NCBI GenBank assembly: GCA_965237675.1
Contig: OZ250150.1
Span: 1,472,001 to 1,536,000 of the forward strand
Direction: 5' to 3'
Length of the DNA: 64,000 bases
Source: Candidatus Latescibacterota bacterium
GTDB lineage: Bacteria > Latescibacterota > UBA2968 > GCA-2709665
The stretch's first letter is position 1. Every line of letters starts with the position of its first letter. Below, piece after piece: positions 35,969 to 45,845 of the stretch. The position numbers and the translations under genes are program-made. The notes below the pieces were generated by a model. That model had not been told where the DNA came from and did not search any database. It saw nothing but the letters and a program-made list of their open reading frames with translations.

Positions 35969-38671
35969 TCAGGGTGTCTCCCACAGGAGCGGGAGCGGGG
36001 CGAGAGCCCTCCTAACCAGTCGTCCCTTGGTCCTCAGATAGCCGTCCTTCGCGCCCGCGGGAAGCGCGAATGAAAGATCGTACCACCTGTCCTCCGCGGG
36101 AGGACCGCTAAACGCGTTACCGTCGACAAAGAGGATCCTGGCCGCATCGAGATATCCCGCCAGTTCTGCGAGTGTTTCCTCGGTGTCGTCCAGGACCAGG
36201 GCTGGATCGTCGCTGCGCGGATAGACCAGGCGCGCCTCGACCTCGGGCCGCGTCACGATGAGCGACCTGACCGCAAAGCCATAGAGGCACCGTTGCAATT
36301 CCGCGCCGCCGTCGATCTGAGGCGGTTTGCCGGGTACCCTGCCCGATTTGTAGTCCGTAACGCGGGCTCGTCGTCCGTCGTCCGAAAGGTCCAGCCGGTC
36401 GATGTATCCGCCGATGCGAATCTGCGTGCCGTCGATGTGGACGGGCGCCGAGGGGTCCCACGGCAGCCGGGCGCGTCCGCTGGAGGGTTTAACGTTCCAC
36501 ACGTTCCCGAACGGGATTTCCGCCCAGGTGCGCTGCCCCGGCAGCGAGGTCTCCTCGCGGGTCAGCGCGGCCACCGCCAGCAACCGTGCCTCTTCGCATT
36601 TCCGCTGCCAGATGACGGGTGGCGGTACCGGGCGGGTGGCCGCCCATCGATCCGCGACTGCGTGTGCTGCCGATGCCACCGCGCGTTCGATGGCGCCGTG
36701 AGAAGCGCCGGCAAATCCGCCGGCTTCGACGCCCTCTGTTCGGGTCACAGCTTCCTGGAGGAATTGGTGCAGAAGCTCGCCGAACGCAAGCGCGTCAAGC
36801 GTGAGCGGCTCGTCCGTTTCCTCGGGCGCCTTCCAGCCGAAACCGTAGGTCCACAGATAGCCGAGGGGATCCCGAAGCAGCCTCGCCAGCGAACTGGCGG
36901 ATTGGGTGCGGTTGAGGGCGCGAAGCAGCATCGGATGCCCCGGCATGATCACGCCGTCGTGGGCCGTCAGCTTCTCGCTCCGCCAATCCATCCAGGTCCG
37001 GGTCGCGGACCCCGCCAATGGCAGCGCGGCGAATTCGCGGGGTCTGGCCATCAGTCGATCGGCCTGGCTTGCGGCATGCTCCGGCGCCCGGCTCTGGGCG
37101 AGGAACGCTTCATCGCTGTCCTGCGGATAGAGGGGCGAAACGCCGTTGAGCCGTCCTTCGCTATCCCGCCGCGCCCGCGAACAGACGACCTGGCGGTCCG
37201 TCATCCTGCAGATGGTTCCGAAATCACGACGGTCTGATTCGTGAACAGGCAGGGGATCCAGGCGCTCCTGCGGCATGACGTGAGTGGGAAGCAAGGGGTC
37301 CTCGCTGGCGCGCCGGGGCCAGGAGCGCGAGGTGAGGCCGACCAGCCAGCAAAAGGGCCGGGGAACCGCCGCGACGGCCGATGCCGGCCCCCATACAATG
37401 GCAGCGCCCGGTTCTGCGTCGTCCTGTACGCGGAGCCCGGCCAGGGTCACGTCCAGAGCGGCAGGCGGCCCCTCCACCAGGGCCCTTTGCCAGATCCCCA
37501 GCGCCTCCGAATCTTTGAAGAGCACCGCACCCATCTCTTCCGCCCGGGTCAGGCCCAGGCGGAGAACCTTGACGATATGCTGCAGCAGCGGCCGGTGGTT
37601 TTCGCCGTCGGAAAAGTCCTCCGGCGTCAACTCGCTCAAGCGTTGGTCCCATCGGTCCGCGGATAACAGTGGGGCATGGTCCGGCAGGATTTCCCACCAG
37701 TCTTCCGGCAAAGATTGGAAAGGCTTGACGCAAGACCGAAGCAGGCCTATGAAGCGGACCATGCGCGGGCGGGACAGCCCGCGGAGGAGAATTTCGGCGA
37801 GCGCCGCGGCAAGCTGCCCGTCCTGGGTCGCAAGAGCAGGCCGGCCGTGAATGAAGTGAACCGGCAGATTCGCGGCGGCCGACAGGGCCAGCATGTGATC
37901 GTCCCACGCCGCGGGTGATGCCGCCGCGATCGCAATCTGACGGGCGGGTGTTCCTTTTGTGAGATGCCTCCGCGTCCATCGAAGGGCTTCCAGTATTTCG
38001 TGGCGGGGCGTGGCGCACGACACCGCGCGGATCTCGGGTTGTGACGGCTTCGTCGTATGTACCGTGATACCCGACCCGGAAAGCCAGTCCGGAAACAGCC
38101 TGGCGCCGGCCACCCAGACCAGATCCGTTTCGGTGCCGAGCCGCAACAACAGATTTCTCCACACCGGCGGCAACTCGGTGCGGCCGTGGATCTCTATGCG
38201 GCCAAAGAGGGTGGGGGCAAAGTGTACTCGCTCGATCGCCGCCTTCGCCAGTTCGGCAGGCGGGAGTTGATTTTTTGGCAGCCTCGAACGCACCTCCCGT
38301 TCCAGGGTCGCCAGGGAGCCGGTGCGCGTTGAACCGTTCCCGTCCACCGCCAGGCCCGCTCGCCAGGCCTTTGACAGGGTGGCCGCGGCCGCGCGTTGGA
38401 ACCCGGGCAGGCCTTTGATTGTATCGAGTTCCTCGAGCGATCCGGCGGCGGCAGCGTCCCTCAACCGTTCCTTCAGAATATCGGTCCGGATGGACCGGAG
38501 GAATCCTCCGGCAAGCCGTGCGGCCAGCTCCTCCATTGATACAACCAGCAGACCCTGTTCGCCACCAATGGCCGCTTGTGTCTGATGCCATCGTCGCGGG
38601 TACCCGCCTTCCACCACCACCGTCCTGCGCCATTGCGAATTCAATTTCAGGTCATGTTTTGTTTCTGGCAT
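35969..38671 (-). CDS. AddB-like PD-(D/E)XK nuclease protein
   Basis: Degenerate helicase-like N-terminus; FGELLH, GYIDRLD, VTDYKSG, LQRCLY. Confidence 0.85.
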   Translation of the reverse strand: MPETKHDLKLNSQWRRTVVVEGGYPRRWHQTQAAIGGEQGLLVVSMEELAARLAGGFLRSIRTDILKERLRDAAAAGSLEELDTIKGLPGFQRAAAATLSKAWRAGLAVDGNGSTRTGSLATLEREVRSRLPKNQLPPAELAKAAIERVHFAPTLFGRIEIHGRTELPPVWRNLLLRLGTETDLVWVAGARLFPDWLSGSGITVHTTKPSQPEIRAVSCATPRHEILEALRWTRRHLTKGTPARQIAIAAASPAAWDDHMLALSAAANLPVHFIHGRPALATQDGQLAAALAEILLRGLSRPRMVRFIGLLRSCVKPFQSLPEDWWEILPDHAPLLSADRWDQRLSELTPEDFSDGENHRPLLQHIVKVLRLGLTRAEEMGAVLFKDSEALGIWQRALVEGPPAALDVTLAGLRVQDDAEPGAAIVWGPASAVAAVPRPFCWLVGLTSRSWPRRASEDPLLPTHVMPQERLDPLPVHESDRRDFGTICRMTDRQVVCSRARRDSEGRLNGVSPLYPQDSDEAFLAQSRAPEHAASQADRLMARPREFAALPLAGSATRTWMDWRSEKLTAHDGVIMPGHPMLLRALNRTQSASSLARLLRDPLGYLWTYGFGWKAPEETDEPLTLDALAFGELLHQFLQEAVTRTEGVEAGGFAGASHGAIERAVASAAHAVADRWAATRPVPPPVIWQRKCEEARLLAVAALTREETSLPGQRTWAEIPFGNVWNVKPSSGRARLPWDPSAPVHIDGTQIRIGGYIDRLDLSDDGRRARVTDYKSGRVPGKPPQIDGGAELQRCLYGFAVRSLIVTRPEVEARLVYPRSDDPALVLDDTEETLAELAGYLDAARILFVDGNAFSGPPAEDRWYDLSFALPAGAKDGYLRTKGRLVRRALAPLPLLWETP

Positions 38672-38721
38672 AGCTGCTCCGACGCCTCCACCTGCCTATT
38701 GCATTTCCTGTCGTCGAAAAA

Positions 38722-38978
38722 AAAGACCTCTCCCCCCGGCCCCCTCTCCTGCGAGGAGAGGGGAAGTCAAACGCAGTGTTGCGTAAACAACGTTTTATAC
38801 ATGCTGTGATTGCTCGGACAACGCCATCTCGTCACCCTCCCAATTGCAACTCGCCGACCAATCACGATGTCTCGACCGGATTTTTTCATTCGAAACGTCT
38901 TCATCCAATCCAACCGTTCATCAGCCGATCACAGTTCCCCCTTCCTCTCAGGAAGGGGGTTAGGGGGTAGGACTCGTC
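38722..38978 (-). repeat. REP-doublet element related to 6911 and 10960, with a different spacer
   Basis: Both hairpin ends match the reverse complement of the 6911 element. Confidence 0.75.
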
Positions 38979-39705
38979 AACCGACGTTTACACTTTCACC
39001 GGTGACAACCATCGGATGCGCCCATACGGTCGACTCGTCCTTGACGGATCCATCCCTGTACGTGGAGATAAAGCACCAGCGGTCCGCGCCCGTGATATTC
39101 GGATAGGAGCTGTGCAGGGTCTGATCGTGAAAAAAGACCGCGTCGCCCCGGTTCACCGCAAGCGTGGTCTCGGGGCGTCCGGCGAACTCTTCGTTTTCAA
39201 TGCGCCATGCGAAGCCGTTCTCTCCCCGGACCTGTTTCACTTTGAACCGCTTGGCGTGGCTGCCGGCAATCATCTTCAAACAGCCGTTTTCCGGCGTGGC
39301 GTCGTCCAGGGCGATCCATACGGAAATCTTGTTCGCACCCTTCCAATAGTACCAGTCCTGGTGCCAGGGAGACCCGAACCGGGTGAACTTGTTCTTGTAG
39401 ACCGACTTCACGCTCAGAAACTCCACGTTCGGACCGATTATCCGGTTCACGATGGACACCACGCAGTCGTCTTTCATCCGGTCCCGGAAGAAGGGGTCCA
39501 GCGTCTCCGGCATGAAGACGTGGACGCCAGTAGACGCCGGGTCCGTGCTGATATGACCCCCCGCCTCGAGGATGTTTATTATGCGCGACTTCCAGTCCAG
39601 CATCTCTTCCGGAGAATAAAGGCCCTTCGCAATCAGGAATCCATCACGTTTAAACGCCTCGGCGGCATCTACTACAGAATCCGGAACCGTTTTATTGGAT
39701 ACCAT
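38977..39705 (-). CDS. Phytanoyl-CoA dioxygenase (PhyH) family Fe/2OG enzyme
   Basis: PWHQD, VWIALDDATPENGCL, GSH, LHSSYPN..R. Confidence 0.92.
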   Translation of the reverse strand: MVSNKTVPDSVVDAAEAFKRDGFLIAKGLYSPEEMLDWKSRIINILEAGGHISTDPASTGVHVFMPETLDPFFRDRMKDDCVVSIVNRIIGPNVEFLSVKSVYKNKFTRFGSPWHQDWYYWKGANKISVWIALDDATPENGCLKMIAGSHAKRFKVKQVRGENGFAWRIENEEFAGRPETTLAVNRGDAVFFHDQTLHSSYPNITGADRWCFISTYRDGSVKDESTVWAHPMVVTGESVNVG

Positions 39706-39859
39706 CCCGCGTCTCCCGATTTTGGATGACAGTAATTGATACCCTGGTTTGAGCCAGGCCCCCTCTACACCACCTTTTGAAGTTGACGCAAAATGCGACA
39801 CGGACAATCCGATACGGTGGAACACGGATATGATAAACCAAATCCGATCAGCATCCAAC

Positions 39860-41450
39860 AAAACGAAGGGGCGGTTCGCGAACCGCCCCTTCAAAATCCA
39901 GGCATTGGCAGATTGACCCCACCAAGCCATATCGCCTTCTCCCCCTCTCCTCGCAGGAGAGGGGGCCGGGGGGAGAGGTTCCCCCTCGTCGCGTCACGCA
40001 ATTAGCCGATTGACAACGCCAGTCCGTATCGATGTCCGGTGGGTGCAGGGTGGTCCTCTTCCGTCTCCCCTCTCCCTTCTAACTGCCGTTCGTGGTTGCT
40101 CATGTCGCGGCATGGATATGATAATCCAAATCCCTTCAGCATCCAACACTACGTAGGGGCGGTTCGGGAACCGCCCCTACAAAAACCGGACATCTGCGAA
40201 TTGATATCTCCGGGTTTCGCGTCTCCGTCGTTACAATTGTAGGGGCAACCCTTGTGGTTGCCCTCCTTGCGGCGCTCACGTCAATCGATTGGGTTTTAGC
40301 TGATCGCTGCCTGCTGACCGCTGATTGGTTCTCGCTGGCAGGAAACAACTGGAAATTCGGTCGACAGACCTTTCGAGAGAATAACCAGAGCAGAGCGCGC
40401 TGTTCCGTCCAGCAACGAACACCACTATCCTCCATCGTTTTCAGGGCAAAGGATCATGTGCATCCCGTTAGGTAGTTCGCGCTGTGCATGTCGACGGCCC
40501 CGCCTGCCTGTGCGTGGCCGCACGCAGACAGGCGCCTGGCGGCGACTTTTAAAAACGGTAAGAAGCAAGAGGCAAGAAGGTAGAAGGGTTAATAACTTTG
40601 TCATATGAAACCCTCTGAACCGGAGTCTCGCTAACTGGAAAATAGAAGTGGATCGCGAAAGAGGGCGTGTAACCGGTGGGTGGCTGAGTGGCCTTCTTAC
40701 CTCTACCGTCTTACGTCTCACGGTTTCAAGGAACCCGCCGCAGGCAGGGAATTTGGGGAGAAGTGGATTTTGTGTTTATTTTTTCCGCTGTGCCTTTGTG
40801 TGAGCTGTTGTTTCTGCACCGACAGGCGGCCGACCCGTGGGTCGCCCCTACAAAAACCAGACGTCGGCAAATCGATATGGCGTGGCCATGTCGCTAACCG
40901 GTGTTGGCTGACTGCTAGTTCCGCCGGAGGCACGAAAAAACATATAGGCAAAGGCGAATGATGGGTTGTGCTCCCGACCTGTGGAGTCATTTCTCTCTCT
41001 ATCTTTTCATTCTCTTTTCTTCGTCCTTTTTCACGCCCAAGAAAAAGGACCAAAAAGAACGGCGCCGTTCGGCACGGGGCCGGTTTTTCCGCGAATCACC
41101 TTAGTGGAGAAATCGTGAGACATTGGCCTGAGACCGCGTGAGCATACGCGATGCGGTGGCGGGTGACGGAATAACGCAGAAAAACCCCCCTCTCCGCCAC
41201 CGGGCGGGTGAGTGGGAACGGTGTTTGGCCGCGGTCGCCTCATCCTCACCAAACGGGAGGTTCGCGAACCGCCCCTACAAAAACCGGACATCCGCGAATT
41301 GATATCGCCGGGTTTCGCGGCGCCGCTGTTGCATTTGCAGGGGCAACCCTTGTGGTTGCCCCATGATGGCGTTGACATCGGCAATTGACATCGCCGATCC
41401 GTGTCGCCAACCGGTTCTGGCTGACCGCTGACTACTGATGGCTGATCGCT
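39860..41450. repeat. 1.6-kb non-coding mosaic of several REP classes, heptamer runs and a structured repeat
   Basis: GTAG REPs, CCCCCTCTCCT..AGGAGAGGGGG hairpins, GCTGAnn heptamers, CCTGCCTGTGCGTG..CACGCAGACAGG (~40503-40532). Confidence 0.8.
41023..41203 (-). repeat. Copy of the ~185-bp structured repeat
   Basis: Highly similar to 7361-7545, with a 4-nt deletion in the terminal hairpin. Confidence 0.85.
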
Positions 41451-41458
41451 GTTTTTTT

Positions 41459-43579
41459 CTAACCGCTATTCCTTCCGAAGTCTTTCGCGAAGACCAGAAA
41501 GTCGCCGAACCCAATTGTCCCGTCGCCATCCAGATCGTACCGCGTGCTGTAACGCAGGTCTCCCTGACTCAACCCGAATTTCGCCGCGAACTGAATGAAG
41601 TCGTCAAAATCCACGGCGCCATCGCCGTTGAAATCGGGATCGGGGGTTTGCGAAACTCGGTACGGCGCCAGGTCCCACAGTAGCATCGTGCCAGCATGAG
41701 ATCCCGACGCAAGCGTCTTGCTATCGGGAGAAAACAACACGCTGCTGATGGCGAGATTGTGCCCTTCAAAGGTAGCGACAATGTCGCCCGTCGACATGTC
41801 GTATAGCCTCACCAGCGTTCCCTGCTCACTCGTGGCGAACATCGTCCTGTCCGGGGAGAATGCCACGCAAGCTTTCGCCTTTTCTTCCAACGTGGCGCTG
41901 GCAGAGCCCGTCGCCAGGTCCCACACCTTGACGGTACCGTGGTATGAAGCGGTAGCCAGTGCTGTCCCGTCCTGTGAAAAGGCCATGGAGAGAACCCGTT
42001 CAGAATGTCCTTCCAGGTCGCGGGTGGTGGAACCCGTCACCACGTCCCACATCCTGATCTCGCCGTTGCTGGTCCCGGCAGCCAGCGTCGCGCCATCCGG
42101 GGAAAAAAGCAGCGTCCCGACGCGATAATTGAGGCTGTTAAGCCTGACGATCCTGGTTGCGGTTTTCGCGTGCCAGAGGTTGACATTTCCTTCGAAGTCC
42201 CCCGAAGCAATGGTTGTTCCATCGGGTGAAAAGGACACCGAAGCGACTTGAAAATTGTGTGGGAATGTGTTGATGCGGCTGTGTGTGTCCAGGTTCCATA
42301 ACCTGACCGTCCTGTCGGATGATGCGGAAGCAAGGGTCGCCCCGTCCGGTGAAAACGATATCGAGTAGACCACACTGGTATGCCCGCTTAGGGTTGCCTG
42401 CATCAGTCCCGTTGCGGCGTCCCATATATTGACGTCTCCCATTGCTGCAGGGGTATGGGAAGCCAGCGTTGTGCCGTCTGGTGAAAACGCCATACCCCAG
42501 ACATCTCCCATGTAGCCTGAGATGGCGGTGGTATTTCCCGTAACCAGGTTCCACAGGAAAACGCCACCATCTTCAGATGCGGTGGCGAGGGTCGTCCCAT
42601 CAGAAGAATATGAAATCGCACTGACCTTGCCCCGATGGCGGTCAAACGTGGCGATATTTCGGCCAGTCGCCGTGTGCCAGATTTTGACCGAGCCGTTATA
42701 TGCCCCGGAGGCGAGAGTGGAGCCAGTTGGAGAAAACGCGACAGCGTAAATGCCGAAACCTTGTTTCGGGAGGGTAGCGGCTATTGTGCCCGACGCGACA
42801 TCCCACAGCTTGATCGTGCCGTCAGCGGATGCCGACGCGAGGGTTCTCCCATCTGGAGAAAAGGACACGGAGGTGACCTCCCGACCATGCCCCTCCAGGG
42901 TAGTGGTATTGGTGCGCGTCGTCACGTCCCACAAATGGACCGTGCTGCCACCGGAAGCCCACGCGAGGGTCTTCCCATCCGGTGAAAAGGACATCGAGAT
43001 GTCGAAGGACCAATCTCCCACGATTCCCACGAGGGCAGAGGTGAGTCTTCCGGTGGCCACGTCCAACCGTTCGAGTCTTCCACGACTGGAGGGAAAAATG
43101 AAGGTTTTACCGTCCGGAGACAACGACAGATATATCTTTCTCCACGTTTCAGGTGTAACAGTGGCCGTATTTGTTCCCGTAGCCACGTCCCACAGCCTGA
43201 CCTCCGAGTGTCCCCGCAAGTGGCCTCCTGCGGCAAGCGTCGTACCGTCGGACGAAAAGGACAACGAATGGACGACGCCGGACGGTAGCAGAGTGAATCT
43301 TTCGGGATCCTCCACGGAGTAGAGCCATACGCCGATGCCGCTTGCTACGGCGACAAGTTTACCGTCCGGAGAAAAAGCAACCGCCCTGTCGGTTAGTCCA
43401 ATGCGTCCCTTCCCAATTCGGACGGTGGCGCCTTGCGGAAGGTGCCACGTCGGATAATCGAGGGCGTTACCAGGCGATGCGGAAATGGCAGACATCGGTG
43501 AGAGGAAGAGCCCGACCGCGGCGAAAAGGCAAGTGCTGAAGCCTTTAACTGACACAAGCCGATGAATGGCATTGCACAT
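41459..43579 (-). CDS. WD40-repeat protein with C-terminal dockerin/EF-hand-like domain
   Basis: About 14 GH..V.S..FSPDG..LAS.S.D.T..LWD repeats; PDFNGDGAVDFDDF and YDLDGDGTIGFGDF; GGAGG RBS. Confidence 0.92.
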   Translation of the reverse strand: MCNAIHRLVSVKGFSTCLFAAVGLFLSPMSAISASPGNALDYPTWHLPQGATVRIGKGRIGLTDRAVAFSPDGKLVAVASGIGVWLYSVEDPERFTLLPSGVVHSLSFSSDGTTLAAGGHLRGHSEVRLWDVATGTNTATVTPETWRKIYLSLSPDGKTFIFPSSRGRLERLDVATGRLTSALVGIVGDWSFDISMSFSPDGKTLAWASGGSTVHLWDVTTRTNTTTLEGHGREVTSVSFSPDGRTLASASADGTIKLWDVASGTIAATLPKQGFGIYAVAFSPTGSTLASGAYNGSVKIWHTATGRNIATFDRHRGKVSAISYSSDGTTLATASEDGGVFLWNLVTGNTTAISGYMGDVWGMAFSPDGTTLASHTPAAMGDVNIWDAATGLMQATLSGHTSVVYSISFSPDGATLASASSDRTVRLWNLDTHSRINTFPHNFQVASVSFSPDGTTIASGDFEGNVNLWHAKTATRIVRLNSLNYRVGTLLFSPDGATLAAGTSNGEIRMWDVVTGSTTRDLEGHSERVLSMAFSQDGTALATASYHGTVKVWDLATGSASATLEEKAKACVAFSPDRTMFATSEQGTLVRLYDMSTGDIVATFEGHNLAISSVLFSPDSKTLASGSHAGTMLLWDLAPYRVSQTPDPDFNGDGAVDFDDFIQFAAKFGLSQGDLRYSTRYDLDGDGTIGFGDFLVFAKDFGRNSG

Positions 43580-43984
43580 GGGAAACCTCCTTCTTTGTGA
43601 GAGCGGGTTGCCTGTAACGTGAGGCGGGCCCGTATACCACCGGCGTCGTGTAATTTCATTCACTTTCGGAACCTCAAGCAGCCCGTTACAGGCAGGCGTG
43701 CGAACCGTGTCCGGAATCGTCGAAGTTCTGCTATTGAAGATCAAGAGGATTGTATGTTTTGCGATCTTGTCTCTTTCGCTACTTCATGCTCTCTTAATTC
43801 GTAAAATAAGGCTCATTGATTTAGATAACAAGAGGAATTCGTGGTTTTTTTCAATTGCCATTCCTGGTTGAAATTGCCTGTGCCGATGGGTCTGATGCGA
43901 AAGCGTTATTCGGAAGTGTCGCAAAACGCGACAGTGTGTCTAGCGATTTCCCCTTCGTATGAGCCGGTGTTTCCATGTGGTCAG

Positions 43985-44403
43985 GCGGGCGGTTCGCGAA
44001 CCGCCCCTACAAAAAACGGACATCCGTGAATTGATATCGCCAGGCCAAATCGTTAGCCGGTGTTAGCTGATTGCTGTAATCTGTCCGCTATCTGCTGCAC
44101 GTTCTTCCCGGGAGCGAGGGATTCCAGCCCTCGTGGCGCCGTCGTTACAATTGTAGGGGCAACCCTTGTGGTTGCCCCATCATGGCGTTGACATCGGCAA
44201 TTGACATCGCCGGTCCGTATCGCCAACTGCTGATCGCTGACCACGCCGGCCGGGCGGTTCGCGAACCGCCCCTACAAAAAACGGACATCCGTGATATTGA
44301 TATCGCCGGGCCATATCGCCAACTCCCCCTCTCCTCGCAGGAGAGGGGGCTGGGGGGAGAGGTCCCGCCTTTAGCTGACAACTGAGAGCTGTACGCTGAT
44401 AGC
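43985..44403. repeat. REP mosaic
   Basis: GTAG REPs, hairpin REP and GCTGA heptamers; ~44150-44240 resembles ~41335-41450. Confidence 0.8.
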
Positions 44404-45842
44404 TATTTGCGGAGCTGCTTGAGAAGGGCCAGGTCTTCCCGGGTGACGCCTTTCAGCAGTACGATCAGCGCGCCGTAGACGAGAAACCCCGCCACGCCGG
44501 CAACGAAGAAGTGATCCCGGATGGCAGCGACGCAGAGCACCGTCAGCAGGGTCGCCAGCAGCGGTTTGACGGCGGCGGCGCCCAGTATGACCGCGTACTT
44601 TCGCAGAGGAGCGAAGAAGAGCCCCGCAACCGGGTACGCGATGGATCCGACCAGGACGGCCGCGGCCGATCCGAGAATGTGGTGGGCGGGGATCAGCGCG
44701 ATATTCAGGAAAATGCCGAGCAGCGCGGCGGCGCCCAGGCAGACGAGGCGTCGTTTCTCCTGTCCCACGGCCACGATCAGAAAACTGAAGGCGGTGCCCA
44801 TGTATTTGAACACCTGCGCCCACACGAGCAGGACGAGGGTCCCGCTGGCATAGGCGAACAGAGCTCCCGGAATCCGGCCGGGATAGAGCAGGTTCAGGAT
44901 GTCCCGGGAAGCGAGGGTGCAGAAGCCGGCGACGGGGACGACAAAGAGCAGCAGGTAACGCGCGCTGCGGTGGTAGATTCTGTCGAACGCAACCGGATCG
45001 GTCTCCCGATGTCTCACCATCACGGGGAAGACGGAGGCGATGAATATCGAGGCCAGAAAGGGTAGGCTGTCCGGAATTCGCGCCGCCATATTGTAAAGGC
45101 CCACGGCCTCCTTGTTCTTGATGGATTCGAGCATCATGATGCCGATTTTGTCGTGGACGGTGGCGCAGACCGAGGCGAGCATCAGCGGGATGCTCTGCCG
45201 CAGTAGAGATTTGACGATTTGCGGATCGAACCGGAACCGGGGAAGTTTGAATAGACGCCGGTGCGTGATGCACAGACCGGCAAATGAGAGGATCTCAGCG
45301 GCGATCAGCGCGCAGAAGATGGAGGTAAGAAAGCCGTTGTTGAGGACAACAACGACAAGCAGGCCGGCCATGAGAAGGTGGGAGGCCGTGTTCCACGCCA
45401 CCACGTATCCCATTTCGAGTTTGGCCTGAAACCGCACCTGGAACATCCTGCGAAAGGCGTTCAGCCGCGGCGATACGAACAGGGTGAGCGAGGCGACGAA
45501 CGCGGGCATGAGGGTTTCCGCGCCCTGGCCTGTAAGATAGAGATATGCGTTTGAAGCCAGAATGGCGGCCGCGGAACCGATCAGGCCGATCGATAAGGCG
45601 TTCCCCAGAAGCCGGTCGGTACTCTCGCGGCTCGCGGTCTCTCGCACCAGGACGTTAAAGGTGCCCGCGTCCGCCAGCACGCTCCACAGCATGAGGTTGG
45701 TCAGGATGAACGTATAGGCGCCGAAGGCTTTCAGGTCCAGGTAGTGGACGAGGAACAGAAAGATCGCCAACTCGATGGTTCGTCCGGATACCTGGACCGC
45801 GGTGTTGCCGGCGATCCGTCTGACCGGTGTCTTGCCGCCCAT
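44403..45842 (-). CDS. Wzx-like flippase / polysaccharide transporter
   Basis: RIAGNT..Q, YLD...FGAY, AVGLYNMA; many TM helices. Confidence 0.88.
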   Translation of the reverse strand: MGGKTPVRRIAGNTAVQVSGRTIELAIFLFLVHYLDLKAFGAYTFILTNLMLWSVLADAGTFNVLVRETASRESTDRLLGNALSIGLIGSAAAILASNAYLYLTGQGAETLMPAFVASLTLFVSPRLNAFRRMFQVRFQAKLEMGYVVAWNTASHLLMAGLLVVVVLNNGFLTSIFCALIAAEILSFAGLCITHRRLFKLPRFRFDPQIVKSLLRQSIPLMLASVCATVHDKIGIMMLESIKNKEAVGLYNMAARIPDSLPFLASIFIASVFPVMVRHRETDPVAFDRIYHRSARYLLLFVVPVAGFCTLASRDILNLLYPGRIPGALFAYASGTLVLLVWAQVFKYMGTAFSFLIVAVGQEKRRLVCLGAAALLGIFLNIALIPAHHILGSAAAVLVGSIAYPVAGLFFAPLRKYAVILGAAAVKPLLATLLTVLCVAAIRDHFFVAGVAGFLVYGALIVLLKGVTREDLALLKQLRK

Positions 45843-45845
45843 GGA

